Assembly: GCF_036971445.1 (NCBI RefSeq)
Contig: NC_091469.1
Span: 292,826,001-292,890,000 of the forward strand
Reading direction: 5' to 3'
From: Narcine bancroftii
Taxonomy: Eukaryota
Length of the DNA: 64,000 nucleotides
The translations under genes were made by a program, and so were the position numbers. Shown here one piece after another: positions 11,700-22,245 of this stretch (its first letter is position 1; the number at the start of each line of letters is the position of its first letter). The notes beneath the pieces are model-generated. The model was given only the letters and a program-made list of their open reading frames with translations. It was not told the origin of the DNA and did no database searches.

Positions 11700-12766
11700 G
11701 TTGGGGGGGGGGGTGGTTTGTTGCAATTGGATATGTGTTTAACATATGTGTTAATTTTATTACTTCTTTTTTCTTTTGGGTTAGAGATGTTTAAAGAGAG
11801 TTAATTTTACTGGATTAAAGAAGTTGGGGAGAAGAGATGTCATAAGATTTTGAATAATTGGACTTTGACAAAATGGTTACGGTTAATATGTTAAAAAAAT
11901 TTGTAAGAGTTATTTTGGAAATATCTAGCAAAAGTAACGATAATTATATAGGTTCAGAAATGGATGAAGATGAAGCTGTACATCAGTGGTTCTCAACCTT
12001 TCTCTTTCCACTCACATCCCACTTTAAGTATTCCCGATGCCATCGGTGCTCTGTGATGAGTAAAGGATTGCTTAAGGTGGAATGTGGGTGGAAAGAAAAA
12101 GTTTGAAAACCACTGTTTTAATCGTACCTCATTGACCCGTGATGTGCACGGTTTTACAATTCCAAAGGAAATGGGCCAATGACAAATTTTTCTCCAGCAA
12201 AATATTTCACTAACAATTGGGTCTAGAGCAGTGATTCTCAACCTTCCCTTCCCACCCACATCCCACCTTAAGCAATCCCTTCCTAATCACAGAGCACCGG
12301 GATGGCATCGGGATTACTTAAAGTGGGATGTGAGTGGAAAGAAAAAGGTTGAGAACCACTGGTGTACATTATTGAGATGAGTATACTTGTGGTAAGAAAT
12401 AGATACCCTATATATATTTTTTTTGAAAATATGGAATCTACATTTGTGAAATGATGTTTTTGAATAACGCTGTACTGTTAACTTGTTTTTTTGTATTTAT
12501 GAAATTCATACAGACGCTCCCTAGACCTGGTAAAGTGAAGAAAAATAGATTTTTCTAGTTTGGATGATTTTTCGAAGATATTTCTTTCTGTTTTTTTTAT
12601 CTCTGTTCTTTTTTTTATTTCTTTTTGGGGATTTCTTATCTTCTTTTCTATTGGGGAGCTTTAAAAGCCATCATGTGACATGATTATATATAAATATACT
12701 GTATATGAATTTTGAATGTAAATGCATGTATGACTTGAACACTTCAAAATAAAATTTAAAAAAAAG
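11700..12766 (+). mobile_element. Possible old L1-clade 3' end, split by a MITE
   Basis: AT-rich, T-rich 3' UTR-like tract ending aaataaaatttaaaaaaaaa; no clean protein motif. Confidence 0.35.
11984..12361. mobile_element. Composite hAT MITE, copy 2
   Basis: Same monomer-spacer-inverted monomer layout as 3650-4024; TSD ctgtacat/gtgtacat. Confidence 0.9.
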
Positions 12767-13149
12767 ACTGGGAAGGAGAGAAGCTAAAAATAAATAATTA
12801 AGCACATCTATGATAATGTGTCCTGCACTTAATTAGCACCTGTAACATGATCTGAGGCTAACTACCAAATTTAAATAATTTCAGGAATATATTCCAGTCA
12901 GATATTTATTTGTACAAATTAAGTCTTGTTTTGATAACAATTCTTTAAACACAGCACTCAGAAATCCCTGCTGTCTAAAAATCAACTTAACTCTGGTGTT
13001 AATTTGAGAATTTGGATTCTGAATTAAAACAACTTTAGTTGTGGGGGCATGAATATGAATTTCAAGATCATGAAATAAACTCTCATCTCAGCAGTCAACT
13101 TATGAAACTAACCGAACAAACATTGACCTCTTGGAGAGTGTAGGCAAGC

Positions 13150-13368
13150 CTTTTATTTTTTTTTAATTTTGAGATACAGCACAGTAACAGGCCCTTCCGG
13201 CCCACAAGCCCACACCGCTTAAATCTACCTAATTAGCCTAGTGACCCCATACTCCTTTGGAATGTTGGAGGAAAACGGAACGCCCAGTGGAAACCCAATC
13301 AGACATGGGGAGAAGCTCCTTATAGAAAGCAGCAGATTTGAATCTAGGCCGCTGTTGCTGTAATAGCA
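13150..13368 (-). mobile_element. V-SINE interrupted by the RTE; its 5' end resumes at 17131-17150
   Basis: ...gatttgaatctaggccgctgttgctgtaatagca | RTE | actgctacactaaccatgcc. Confidence 0.8.
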
Positions 13369-13595
13369 GGCGGAGGCCCCGGTCCGGGCAGAAAGTAGGA
13401 GGCGGCGGCCCTGGTCTGGGCACAGGGAAAGCAGCGGCGGCCCTGGCCCCTGTCCGGGCAGAGGGTAGGCGGCGGCGGCCCCGGCCTCGGTTGAGTGAGG
13501 CAGGCGGAGGCCCCGGTCCTGGCAGAAAGTAAGAGGCGGCGGACCCAGTCCGGGCACAGGGAAAGCAGCGGCGGCCTCAGCCCCGGTCCGGGCAG
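13366..13595 (+). repeat. Tandem ~134 bp GC-rich monomers (1.7 copies, built of ~32 bp subunits) in the RTE 5' UTR
   Basis: gcaggcggaggccccggtcc starts at 13366 and again at 13500. Confidence 0.85.
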
Positions 13596-13814
13596 TATGG
13601 ACCGACCTAGGAGGGGAGGCAGACCCCTCCAGCCCGGGTAAGAAACCTGCATAGGAGAAGGCCACTCCGATATAAAACCTACGACCCAAGGACCTCGCTG
13701 CCACGTCCCAACTTGCTTGGCCACGGCACACGAACCATGGGTGTAAAGGGTGGGGCCAGTACTGCGCGCACTGCACTCCACCTAAAAGCTCCTTTGCGCA
13801 GGTCCGAGGACAGG

Positions 13815-13889
13815 TCCACATCCTCCCCCTCCACGTCTTCCCCCTCCACGTCCTCCCCCTCCACGTCCTCCCCCTCCATGTCCTCCCCT
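13815..13889 (+). repeat. 15-bp tandem repeat (tccacgtcctccccc)x5
   Basis: Directly visible; translates as STSSP repeats in the upstream frame. Confidence 0.9.
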
Positions 13890-13900
13890 CAAAAGATGCT

Positions 13901-16900
13901 CACAAACTCAAGCTAGCATGCTGGAACGTCAGAACCATGCTAGACAAGGTTGACAGCCACCGACCTGAACGTTGGTCTGCCCTCATTGCACATGAACTTC
14001 TCAGACTTGACATCGACATAGCCGCTCTCAGTGAAGTCCGCCTTGCAGATGTAGGCAGCCTCCAAGAACGCAGCGCGGGCTACACACTCTACTGGTCTGG
14101 CAAGCCTATCGATGAACGACGCCTATCTGGTGTAGGCTTCATGGTCAAGAACTCCATTGCCTCCAAACTCGAAAACCTCTCGACAGGCCACTCGGACCGG
14201 ATCATGTCCATGCGACTCCCCCTTCAAAACAAGCATCACATCACCCTCATCAGTGTCTATGCTTCAACCCTCCAGGCGGAACCAGCAGAAAAGGACAAGT
14301 TCTACACTGACCTGCGCAACCTCATTCAACGCACCCCTACAGCCAACAAGGTTGTCATCCTTGGCGACTTCAATGATCGCGTCGGCAAAGACTCAGAAAC
14401 CTGGCCAGGAATCCTGGGCAAGCATGGTGTCGGCAAGTGCAACGACAATGGGCACCTCCTGTTGGAGCTCTGCGCAGAACAGCGGCTTGTCATTACAAAC
14501 ACCCTTTTTCAGCAGAGGGACAGCCTTAAGACTACCTGGATGCATCCCCGATCCAAACACTGGCACCTCCTGGACTACATCCTGGTGTGAGAAAGAGATA
14601 AACGAGATGTGCTCCACACCAGGGTCATGCCCAGCATGGAATGCCACACTGACCACCGGCTGGTTCGCTGCAAGCTCAACCTTCACTTCAAGCCAAAGCC
14701 CAGGAACAGTAAAGCCCCCAGAAAGAGGTTCAATGTTGGAAACATGCAGTCAGACGAAGTGAGAGGAAACTTCCAGGCAAACCTCAAAGCAAAGCTCGAG
14801 GATGCAATCCGCCTCACGGACTCGTCCCCTGAAACCCTCTGGGATCAGCTGAAGACTACCATACTGTAATCCACTGAAGAGGTACTGGGCTTCTCCTCCA
14901 GGAAAAACAAGGACTGGTTCGACGAAAACAGCCAGGAAATCCAGGAGCTGCTGGCAAAGAAGCGAGCTGCCCACCAGGCTCACCTTACAAAGCCATCCTG
15001 GCCAGAGGAGAAACAAGCCTTCCGTCGCGCATGCAGCCATCTTCAGCGCAAACTCCAGGAGATCCAAAATGAGTGGTGGACTAGCCTCGCCAAGCGAACT
15101 CAGCTCAGCGCGGACATTGGCGACTTCAGGGGTTTCTACGAGGCTCTAAAGGCTGTGTACGGCCCCTCACCCCAAGTCCAAAGCCCGCTGCGCAGCTCAG
15201 ACGGCAAAGTCCTCCTCAGCGACAAGATCTCCATCCTCATCCGATGGTCAGAACACTTCCAATCTCTTTTCAGTGCCAACCGCTCAGTCCAAGATTCCGC
15301 CCTGCTCCAGCTCCCTCAACAGCCCCTAAGGCTAGAGCTGGATGAGGTCCTCACCCGGGAAGAGACATATAAGGCAATTGAACAACTGAAAAGTGGCAAA
15401 GCAGCAGGTATGGATGGAATCCCCCCAGAGGTCTGGAAGGCTGGCATGTCAAAGTTTTTCAAGCTTTGTTGGGACTAAGGAAAACTGCCTCAGGAACTTC
15501 GTGATGCCATCATCATCACCCTGTACAAAAACAAAGGCGAGAAATCAGAGTGCTCAAACTTCAGGGGAATCACGCTGCTCTCCATTGCAGGCAAAATCTT
15601 CGCTAGGATTCTCCTAAATAGAATAATACCTAGTGTCGCCGAGAATGTTCTCCCAGAATCACAGTGCGGCTTTCGCGCAAACAGAGGAACTACTGACATG
15701 GTCTTTGCCCTCAGACAGCTCCAAGAAAAGTGCAGAGAACAAAACAAAGGACTCTACATCACCTTTGTTGACCTCACCAAAGCCTTTGACACCATGAGCA
15801 GGAAAGGGCTTTGGCAAATACTAGAGCGCATCGGATGCCCCCCAAAGTTCCTCAACATGGTTATCCAACTGCACGAAAACCAACAAGGTCGGGTCAGATA
15901 CAGCAATGAGCTCTCTGAACCCTTCTCCATTAACAATGGCGTGAAGCAAGGCTGTGTTCTCGCACCAACCCTCTTTTCAATCTTCTTCAGCATGATCCTG
16001 AACCAAGCCATGAAAGACCTCAACAATGAAGACGCTGTTTACATCCGGTACCGCACGGATGGCAGTCTCTTCAATCTGAGGCGCCTGCAAGCTCACACCA
16101 AGACACAAGAGCAACTTGTCCGTGAACTACTCTTTGCAGACGATGCCGCTTTAGTTGCCCATTCAGAGCCAGCTCTTCAGCGCTTGACGTCCTGTTTTGC
16201 GGAAACTGCCAAAATGTTTGGCCTGGAAGTCAGCCTGAAGAAAACTGAGGTCCTCCATCAGCCAGCTCCCCACCATGACTACCAGCCCCCCCCACATCTC
16301 CATTGGGCACACAAAACTCAAAACGGTCAACCAGTTTACCTATCTCGGCTGCACCATTTCATCAGATGCAAGGATCGACAACGAGATAGACAACAGACTC
16401 GCCAAGGCAAATAGCGCCTTTGGAAGACTACACAAAAGAGTCTGGAAAAACAACCAATTGAAAAACCTCACAAAGATAAGCGTATACAGAGCCGTTGTCA
16501 TACCCACACTCCTGTTCGGCTCCGAATCATGGGTCCTCTACCGGCATCACCTACGGCTCCTAGAACGCTTCCACCAGCGTTGTCTCCGCTCCATCCTCAA
16601 CATTCATTGGAGCGACTTCATCCCTAACATCGAAGTACTCGAGATGGCAGAGGCCGACAGCATCGAATCCACGCTGCTGAAGATCCAACTGCGCTGGGTA
16701 GGTCACGTCTCCAGAATGGAGGACCATCGCCTTCCCAAGATCGTGTTATATGGCGAGCTCTCCACTGGTCACCGTGACAGAGGTGCACCAAAGAAGAGGT
16801 ACAAGGACTGCCTAAAGAAATCTCTTGGTGCCTGCCCCATTGACCACCGCCAGTGGGCTGATCTCACCTCAAACCATGCATCTTGGCGCCTCACAGTTCG

Positions 16901-17072
16901 GCGGGCAGCAACCTCCTTTGAAGAAGACCGCAGAGCCCACCTCACTGACAAAAAACAAAGGAGGAAAAACCCAACACCCAACCCCATCCAACCAATTTTC
17001 CCCTGCAACTGCTGCAACCGTGTCTGCCTGTCCCTCATCGGACTTGTCAGCCACAAACGAGCCTGCAGCTGA
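13901..17072 (+). pseudogene. RTE ORF (APE endonuclease + reverse transcriptase + C-terminal C2H2-like motif), disrupted
   Basis: KLACWNVRT, GDFN, LDYIL, TDHRLV (APE); FVDLTKAFD, GVKQGCVLAP, LLFADD, YLG (RT); CNxCNRVC..GLVSHKRAC. Stops at 14588, 14867, 15476; net 21-nt loss near 15445 relative to copy 2; +1 C in the C-run near 16290. Confidence 0.95.
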
Positions 17073-17239
17073 CGTGGTCATTTACCCCCTCCATAAATCT
17101 TCGTCCGCGAAGCCAAGCCAAAGAAGAAGAACTGCTACACTAACCATGCCATCCTTTCCCTGAGCACCATTCAGAAAAGATACATGGCTGGCCTTCCAGT
17201 GGATAGGATAGCAAGGAATTTACTCTTTGCTTCCCTGAA

Positions 17240-17935
17240 GTAAAACACGAAACTCTTCAGACACCACGGTTGGAGTAAAACACAATGCTGAAGTAAGTCA
17301 GCAGGTTAAACAGATTAATGAGCAAAGATAAAGATATATAACCAATGTTCCAGGCTTGAGCCCTTCATCAAGGAATGAAAAAGTGTAGGTAGGCGCTCGA
17401 ACAAACTGGTGGCGGGGAGGGGCAGGGGGAAGAGCACCATCCCAAAGGCAGGTGGTAATAGGCAGATAAGGGAGAGAGGGTACACCAGAAAGCAGGGGGA
17501 AGAGGAATGGCCCTGGGAATGGAGAGGGAATGGGGTGGAGAGCTGGAGGACAGACAAAGGGAAGGGGAAGGGAGGGAAAATGGAGAGTGGGCTAGCAGAA
17601 ACTGGAGGAGTCGATGTTAATACCATCTGGTTGGAGAGTGCCCAGGTGGAAAAAAATTAAGGGTTGCCCCTCTAATTTACCAGTGGCCTTGGTTGGGAAG
17701 AACATGAGGCCATGGACAGACATGTCATCATGGGAGTAGGGCTCAGAATGCAGACAGAGCAAAGGTGCTCAGCGAAGTGATCTCCTAGCATGCATCCAGT
17801 CTCTCCGATGTAGGGAAGGCCACAACTGGATGCAGTAGAGCACTTCTGCAGATACACAAGTGAAATGGTGCTTCAATTAAAAGGACTGTTTGGGGCCTCG
17901 AGTGGTAATGAGGGAGGAGGTGTGGACACAAGTCC
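17240..17935 (-). mobile_element. Penelope-like element fragment (GIY-YIG endonuclease + pLTR)
   Basis: CGLPYIGETGCMLGDHFAEHLCSV (ORF 17672..17857) fits the PLE GIY-YIG motif; pyrimidine tract and degenerate hammerhead ttgatgaagggctcaagcctggaac follow. Confidence 0.85.
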
Positions 17936-18149
17936 ATGCTTTCCAGGTAATCCTTGGGCTGGAGTAAATTGGACCTCTTTTATCTTTACATTTGGGTTTG
18001 CAACAAAGCCAGGGTGATAGCAAAAGTATGTTTCTTTACTCAATGTAAAATGAGACTGAGCAAATCAGGAATAAATTCCTGGGATGGGCTCAGAAAAAAA
18101 ACATTTGATTCTGTATTTGTAACAAACCAAGAAAATAACAAGGATAATA

Positions 18150-18372
18150 TAGGACACAAACCATGGGAACCTGAAGAGACTCAGCTGGTCCAACACCATC
18201 CATAGGTAGAAATAGACAGTTAATGTTTCAGGCTGGAACTCTTTATTTGAGGCAACGGGTCCTGATCCGAAATGTTGACTGGCCATTTCTCCCCATGGAT
18301 GCTGCCTGACTTGTTGAGACCCTCCAGCGTCTTGTTTGCTCAAGATTCCACCATCCGCAGTTTTCTTTTGTG
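18150..18372. mobile_element. Palindromic Penelope-pLTR-derived short element
   Basis: Inverted arms gactcagctggtccaacaccatccata... / ...atggatgctgcctgacttgttgagacctccagc. Confidence 0.6.
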
Positions 18373-18644
18373 ATTCGCTTCAGAGGACCATTTTGGTTCA
18401 AACAAAAGATCTTAGATGTGAATCATGAGTTCTGTTTCTCTTTCTACAGATGCTACCTGACTTGCCTGCTGAGTGTTTCCTCAGAATATTCCAGCCAAAA
18501 GGTTTTCCAGCTTGTTCCCTATTTGAGGGTTGGTCAGACTCCTTAGGTTTGTGCAATCAAATCAAAACTAAGAATAGAGTTCACACAAATTGAGGAGTTG
18601 CCAATTAAGGTCACTTTGCACTCTTAATCCTTTAATGCCACATT

Positions 18645-18862
18645 TCGGCGCAGTTAGCGTAATGCTATTACAGAGCCAGAGACCTGGGTTCGATTCCGGC
18701 AAAGCCTGTAAGGAGTTTGTACGTTCTCCTGTGTGGATTTCCTCCAGGTGCTCTAGCTTCCTCTCACCATTTGAGATGTTGGTCATTTGGGTTTAATTGG
18801 GTGGCATGGGCTCGTGGGCCGAAAGGGCCTGTTACCTTGCTGTATGTTTAAATTTAATTAAA
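18645..18862 (+). mobile_element. V-SINE
   Basis: ggcgcagttagcgtaatgctattacag, gggttcgattcc (B box), V-domain, gggccgaaagggcctgttacc tail. Confidence 0.9.
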
Positions 18863-19731
18863 AGAAATTAAAGAGTTAACTTCCACCTTTCATGATAAAA
18901 CACTGATTTTCTTATAGTCATTAGTAAGAGATTAGAGCAGACTTTATCTACAATATCCTGGTAACGGACCCAGTTAAGAAACGCATCATTTTTCTTTAAA
19001 GGAACAAAAGCCATCAATATTGTGTTTGTTGAAGATAGATAGGAAGTACAAGCAGTGACTTTGTTGCCAGGAATGTGCTGGCAACACATGAAACTGATAT
19101 GATTTCATATCCAAATGATTTGAATGAAGGAGCAAAATTCCTTAATGATCCAAATTTGCAATGTTAGTCCCTTGCCTCAGGGATTTGGCATGACCCACTC
19201 ATATTTGGCAAGATGGGATGCAACAGCCCTGCAAACTGTAGAGAGTCACTGATCGTGTGGCACCAGTAATGGGACTTCGGGGAGGAGGAGCCAAAGCTTG
19301 TGGTTATTGGATCAAGAAAAAGGTAATTGTTGAAGTATTTTAAAGCTCTGAATCACCAAGACTTTCCAAATTTGACCCAGATATCAAAGGGGGACGATAA
19401 GCATGTAACCAATAATGCAGGATGTCACAAAGGCCTGCGTAATTTCCTCAGTCATTCGTGCCAAGTATCTAACCTGCAGAAGGGAAAATATGCATCTCAT
19501 ATCATCAGACAGAGACATCTTTTGACACCTTGCACGTTTTTCTCATTGACATCTTTGACACCTTGCATGTGTTTTCTCATTGACATTTTTTTAACAGCAG
19601 ACTCAAATTGTGATCTGTAAACAACCCAGAAGTGTTCGTCAATATGGAACTTTTCATGGAAATGTCTTGGACTATTTAAGTTACAAAGGAAGTTAATTTA
19701 CATAAAAGAATCCTGAAGAATTACTTTAGAG

Positions 19732-19987
19732 CAGCCATTCTCAAACAGGTCCCGATGGCCCTCCCTTGTGATCCACAACACATTTAAGTGAAAGCCTTTT
19801 CAGCTCATGCCGTATAAATATTTTTTTAAAGTTTTTTTTGTGTAGTCGGTAGAAGTACGGAAGAAACCAAAACGTAACTGCTTCACAGCGAAGGGGGCTC
19901 ATAAACTTTGAGTAGAGTCCTAAGGGATGGGGGGGGGGGGGGGTGGGGGGTGGGGGAACATAGCCAAAAGAAGGTTGAGAATGAGTG
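19732..19987. mobile_element. hAT (Charlie-like) MITE, second family
   Basis: TIR cagccattctcaa...ttgagaatgagtg; TSD ctttagag/ctctagag; partial copy at 34430-34628. Confidence 0.8.
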
Positions 19988-21004
19988 CTCTAGAGGCTAA
20001 GGAGTAGACAGGCATAGCCTTTAAAGATCGAAACTGGCTCAATCGAGCCCACATCAAAATACCTTTTTCCCTTTCTGACTTTGTCCAGCACAACATCGGT
20101 TGCACCTCCAAGGACAATACCTTTCCGTCTGGATGGAGAGACAGGTGTTGCGGCATTAATATTTGAAGGCAGCTTATTGCATGCGCAGAAACATTCAAAG
20201 ATCCAAGCCTGGAATAGACGACCTTCGATCCAACTCTAAACCAATTTCTGTATCCAGCTTGAAAGTTAGTTAGGGGAGTTTTCAACAGAAAGTCTGCACA
20301 TATCGGATTCATTAATGTTTATTTTATTCTGTTTAAGTTTAAATTCATGGTAACAGTATGGTGTTTGCTTATATTAGTCATTTACCCTGTTTCCATTCAA
20401 GATTGCAGAGATAGTTCTGCCATGTATCACATCCTGTACGACTCTGACTGGACATTTAATGATTAAACTATCCTTCAAATATGTATAACATACACAAGGT
20501 GGCAATTGCTGTGTGACAGGCAGAGTGATAGTTTTCAGCAGAACATTCTCTTTAAAGTTAGAAACCATGGAAATAGACTCTCCAGCTCAACTGCAGCAGA
20601 GGCAGCCATTTTCACGAATCCCGAACAAGCACCACTTTATTCTTCCCCTGTTCCTTTCCTCCACATTCTACCGTTCTTCTACACACTGAGGGCAACTTTA
20701 CTATTGCTGTTTAAACGATTGACCCACACAGCTTTTGGCGTGTGGGAGGAAACGTGCATTCAAAGGAAACTCCTAGGAAGAATGTGAAACTCCACCCAAG
20801 ACCGCACTGGAAGTCAGGATTTGGACCAGGTCACAGAAGCTCTCCCCTTGACAAATGAAGATGTCATGAACCTGGTTTGTCATCATCAGGGTAAGTCCCT
20901 TTTCCTTATCATTCAGTGAAAACATTCGTCATCTTCCATAAGGTTAGAAAGTCAATAACATGAATGAAAGCAGACGTAGTCATTCTTTGTAACCTCTATA
21001 ATGA

Positions 21005-21237
21005 GGGTGGCGCAGTTAGTGTAGTGGAACACTATTACAGTGACAGCGACCCATAACCCTAATGCCGCTGTCTAAAGGAGTTTGTACGTTCTGTCCATGG
21101 GTTTCCTCTCGGTGCTCCCACAATCCAAAGACATATGGGGTTAGTAGATTCATTGATCATATGGATGTATTTGGGTGGCGCAGGCTCATGGGCTGGATGG
21201 GCCTATTACCATGTTGCTTCTCTAAATTAAAAAAAAA
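21005..21237 (+). mobile_element. V-SINE
   Basis: ggtggcgcagttagtg...aaggagtttgtacgttc...gggtttcctctcggtgctcc...taaattaaaaaa. Confidence 0.8.
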
Positions 21238-21569
21238 TGATATAACTTCCTGCATTGATGCAGCAATTTTAACATTGAACAATGGAGCTAGGCTCTTCAC
21301 TGGAGTGTTATCAAGTAAGAAATTAATGCTCAGTTAATGCTCAGGGAAACTACTTAGTCACACATGTTAAAGGAGGGAATATGGATTACACACGGAAGAG
21401 CCCCGTCCAATCTCCTGATTGGTGCAACGTCACCTGAAAATGATCACTTGTGCACATCTTCTCTGGGTTAAAAAAAAACTTTGAACAAACACCAACTAAT
21501 TTGTCAGTAAAGAAAGGCACAGGAATACAGAAATGTGATTGAATGTCTAATGCCATGGTTGCAAGGTAA

Positions 21570-21990
21570 CAACCTCCCTCTCTCTCCATAAAACGACAAA
21601 GTGATTAGAGGTTTCAGGAAAGTGGCAGAGACTACACCCTTGTCTACCTCACTGGCTCTGATATTGAGAGCAGAGTCAGCTTCAAGTTCTTGGGAGTAAA
21701 CATTTCCAAAGGCCTGACCTGGACCAACCATGTTGATGAGATGGTCAAGCAAGGACCCCCAAAGCCCCCAAAGCCTCTACTTGCTTAGAAGACTCAGGAA
21801 AGGTGGCCTGACTATGGGTATGTGATCGAAAGCATACTTGCGTGGTACGGGAGCTGCTCCGCTCAAGGTCGGAATAAGCTGCAGAAGGTCTTCAGTGTGT
21901 TTCAGAACCAACTTCCCTCCCCATCTTCTACATCTTAGGAAAGGTAGCCAACATACCGAAGGACCCATCACAGCCTGCAAGGACCCATCA
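21570..21990 (+). mobile_element. Rex1/Babar fragment (old)
   Basis: Degenerate VIxxFRK, SFKFLGVNISKGLTWTNHV, LYLLRRLRK. Confidence 0.65.
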
Positions 21991-21991
21991 C

Positions 21992-22245
21992 AAAAGCAAA
22001 CTGCTGGAGGAACTCAGTAGGCCATGCACCATCAGTGAGAGAGTAAGAATTGTCAACGCCTTGGGACACCATCCCTCATCAGGACTGAGACTGCAGAGGA
22101 GAGATAACTCCTGTCCCGATGAAGGGTTTCAGCCTGTAACATTGACCATTCTTTTTCTCCCACTGATGCTGTTCAACCTGTTGAGTTCCTCCAGCAGACT
22201 GTGTTTTACTCCAGATTCCAGCATCTGCAATCTCCCGTGTCTCTC
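21992..22245. mobile_element. Palindromic Penelope-pLTR-derived short element
   Basis: Arms ctgctggaggaactcagtagg... / ...cctgttgagttcctccagcag; two opposed hammerhead-like cores (tcatcaggac and gtcccgatgaaggg). Confidence 0.7.

Larger units (their letters stand above)
13369..17130 (+). mobile_element. Near-full-length young RTE-clade LINE
   Basis: GC-rich 5' UTR, single APE-RT reading frame, short 3' UTR aaatcttcgtccgcgaagccaagcca and (aag)n tail. Confidence 0.95.

Noticed and set aside
13225-13879. Long Pro/Gly-rich minus-strand ORFs
   Set aside because: Antisense of the GC-rich RTE 5' UTR repeats, where stops are rare by composition.
18645-18705. tRNA-like A and B boxes
   Set aside because: Head of a V-SINE followed by the V-domain; no cloverleaf, so not a tRNA gene.
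19515-19590. About 35-bp direct duplication
   Set aside because: Ordinary adjacent tandem duplication with no sign of function.
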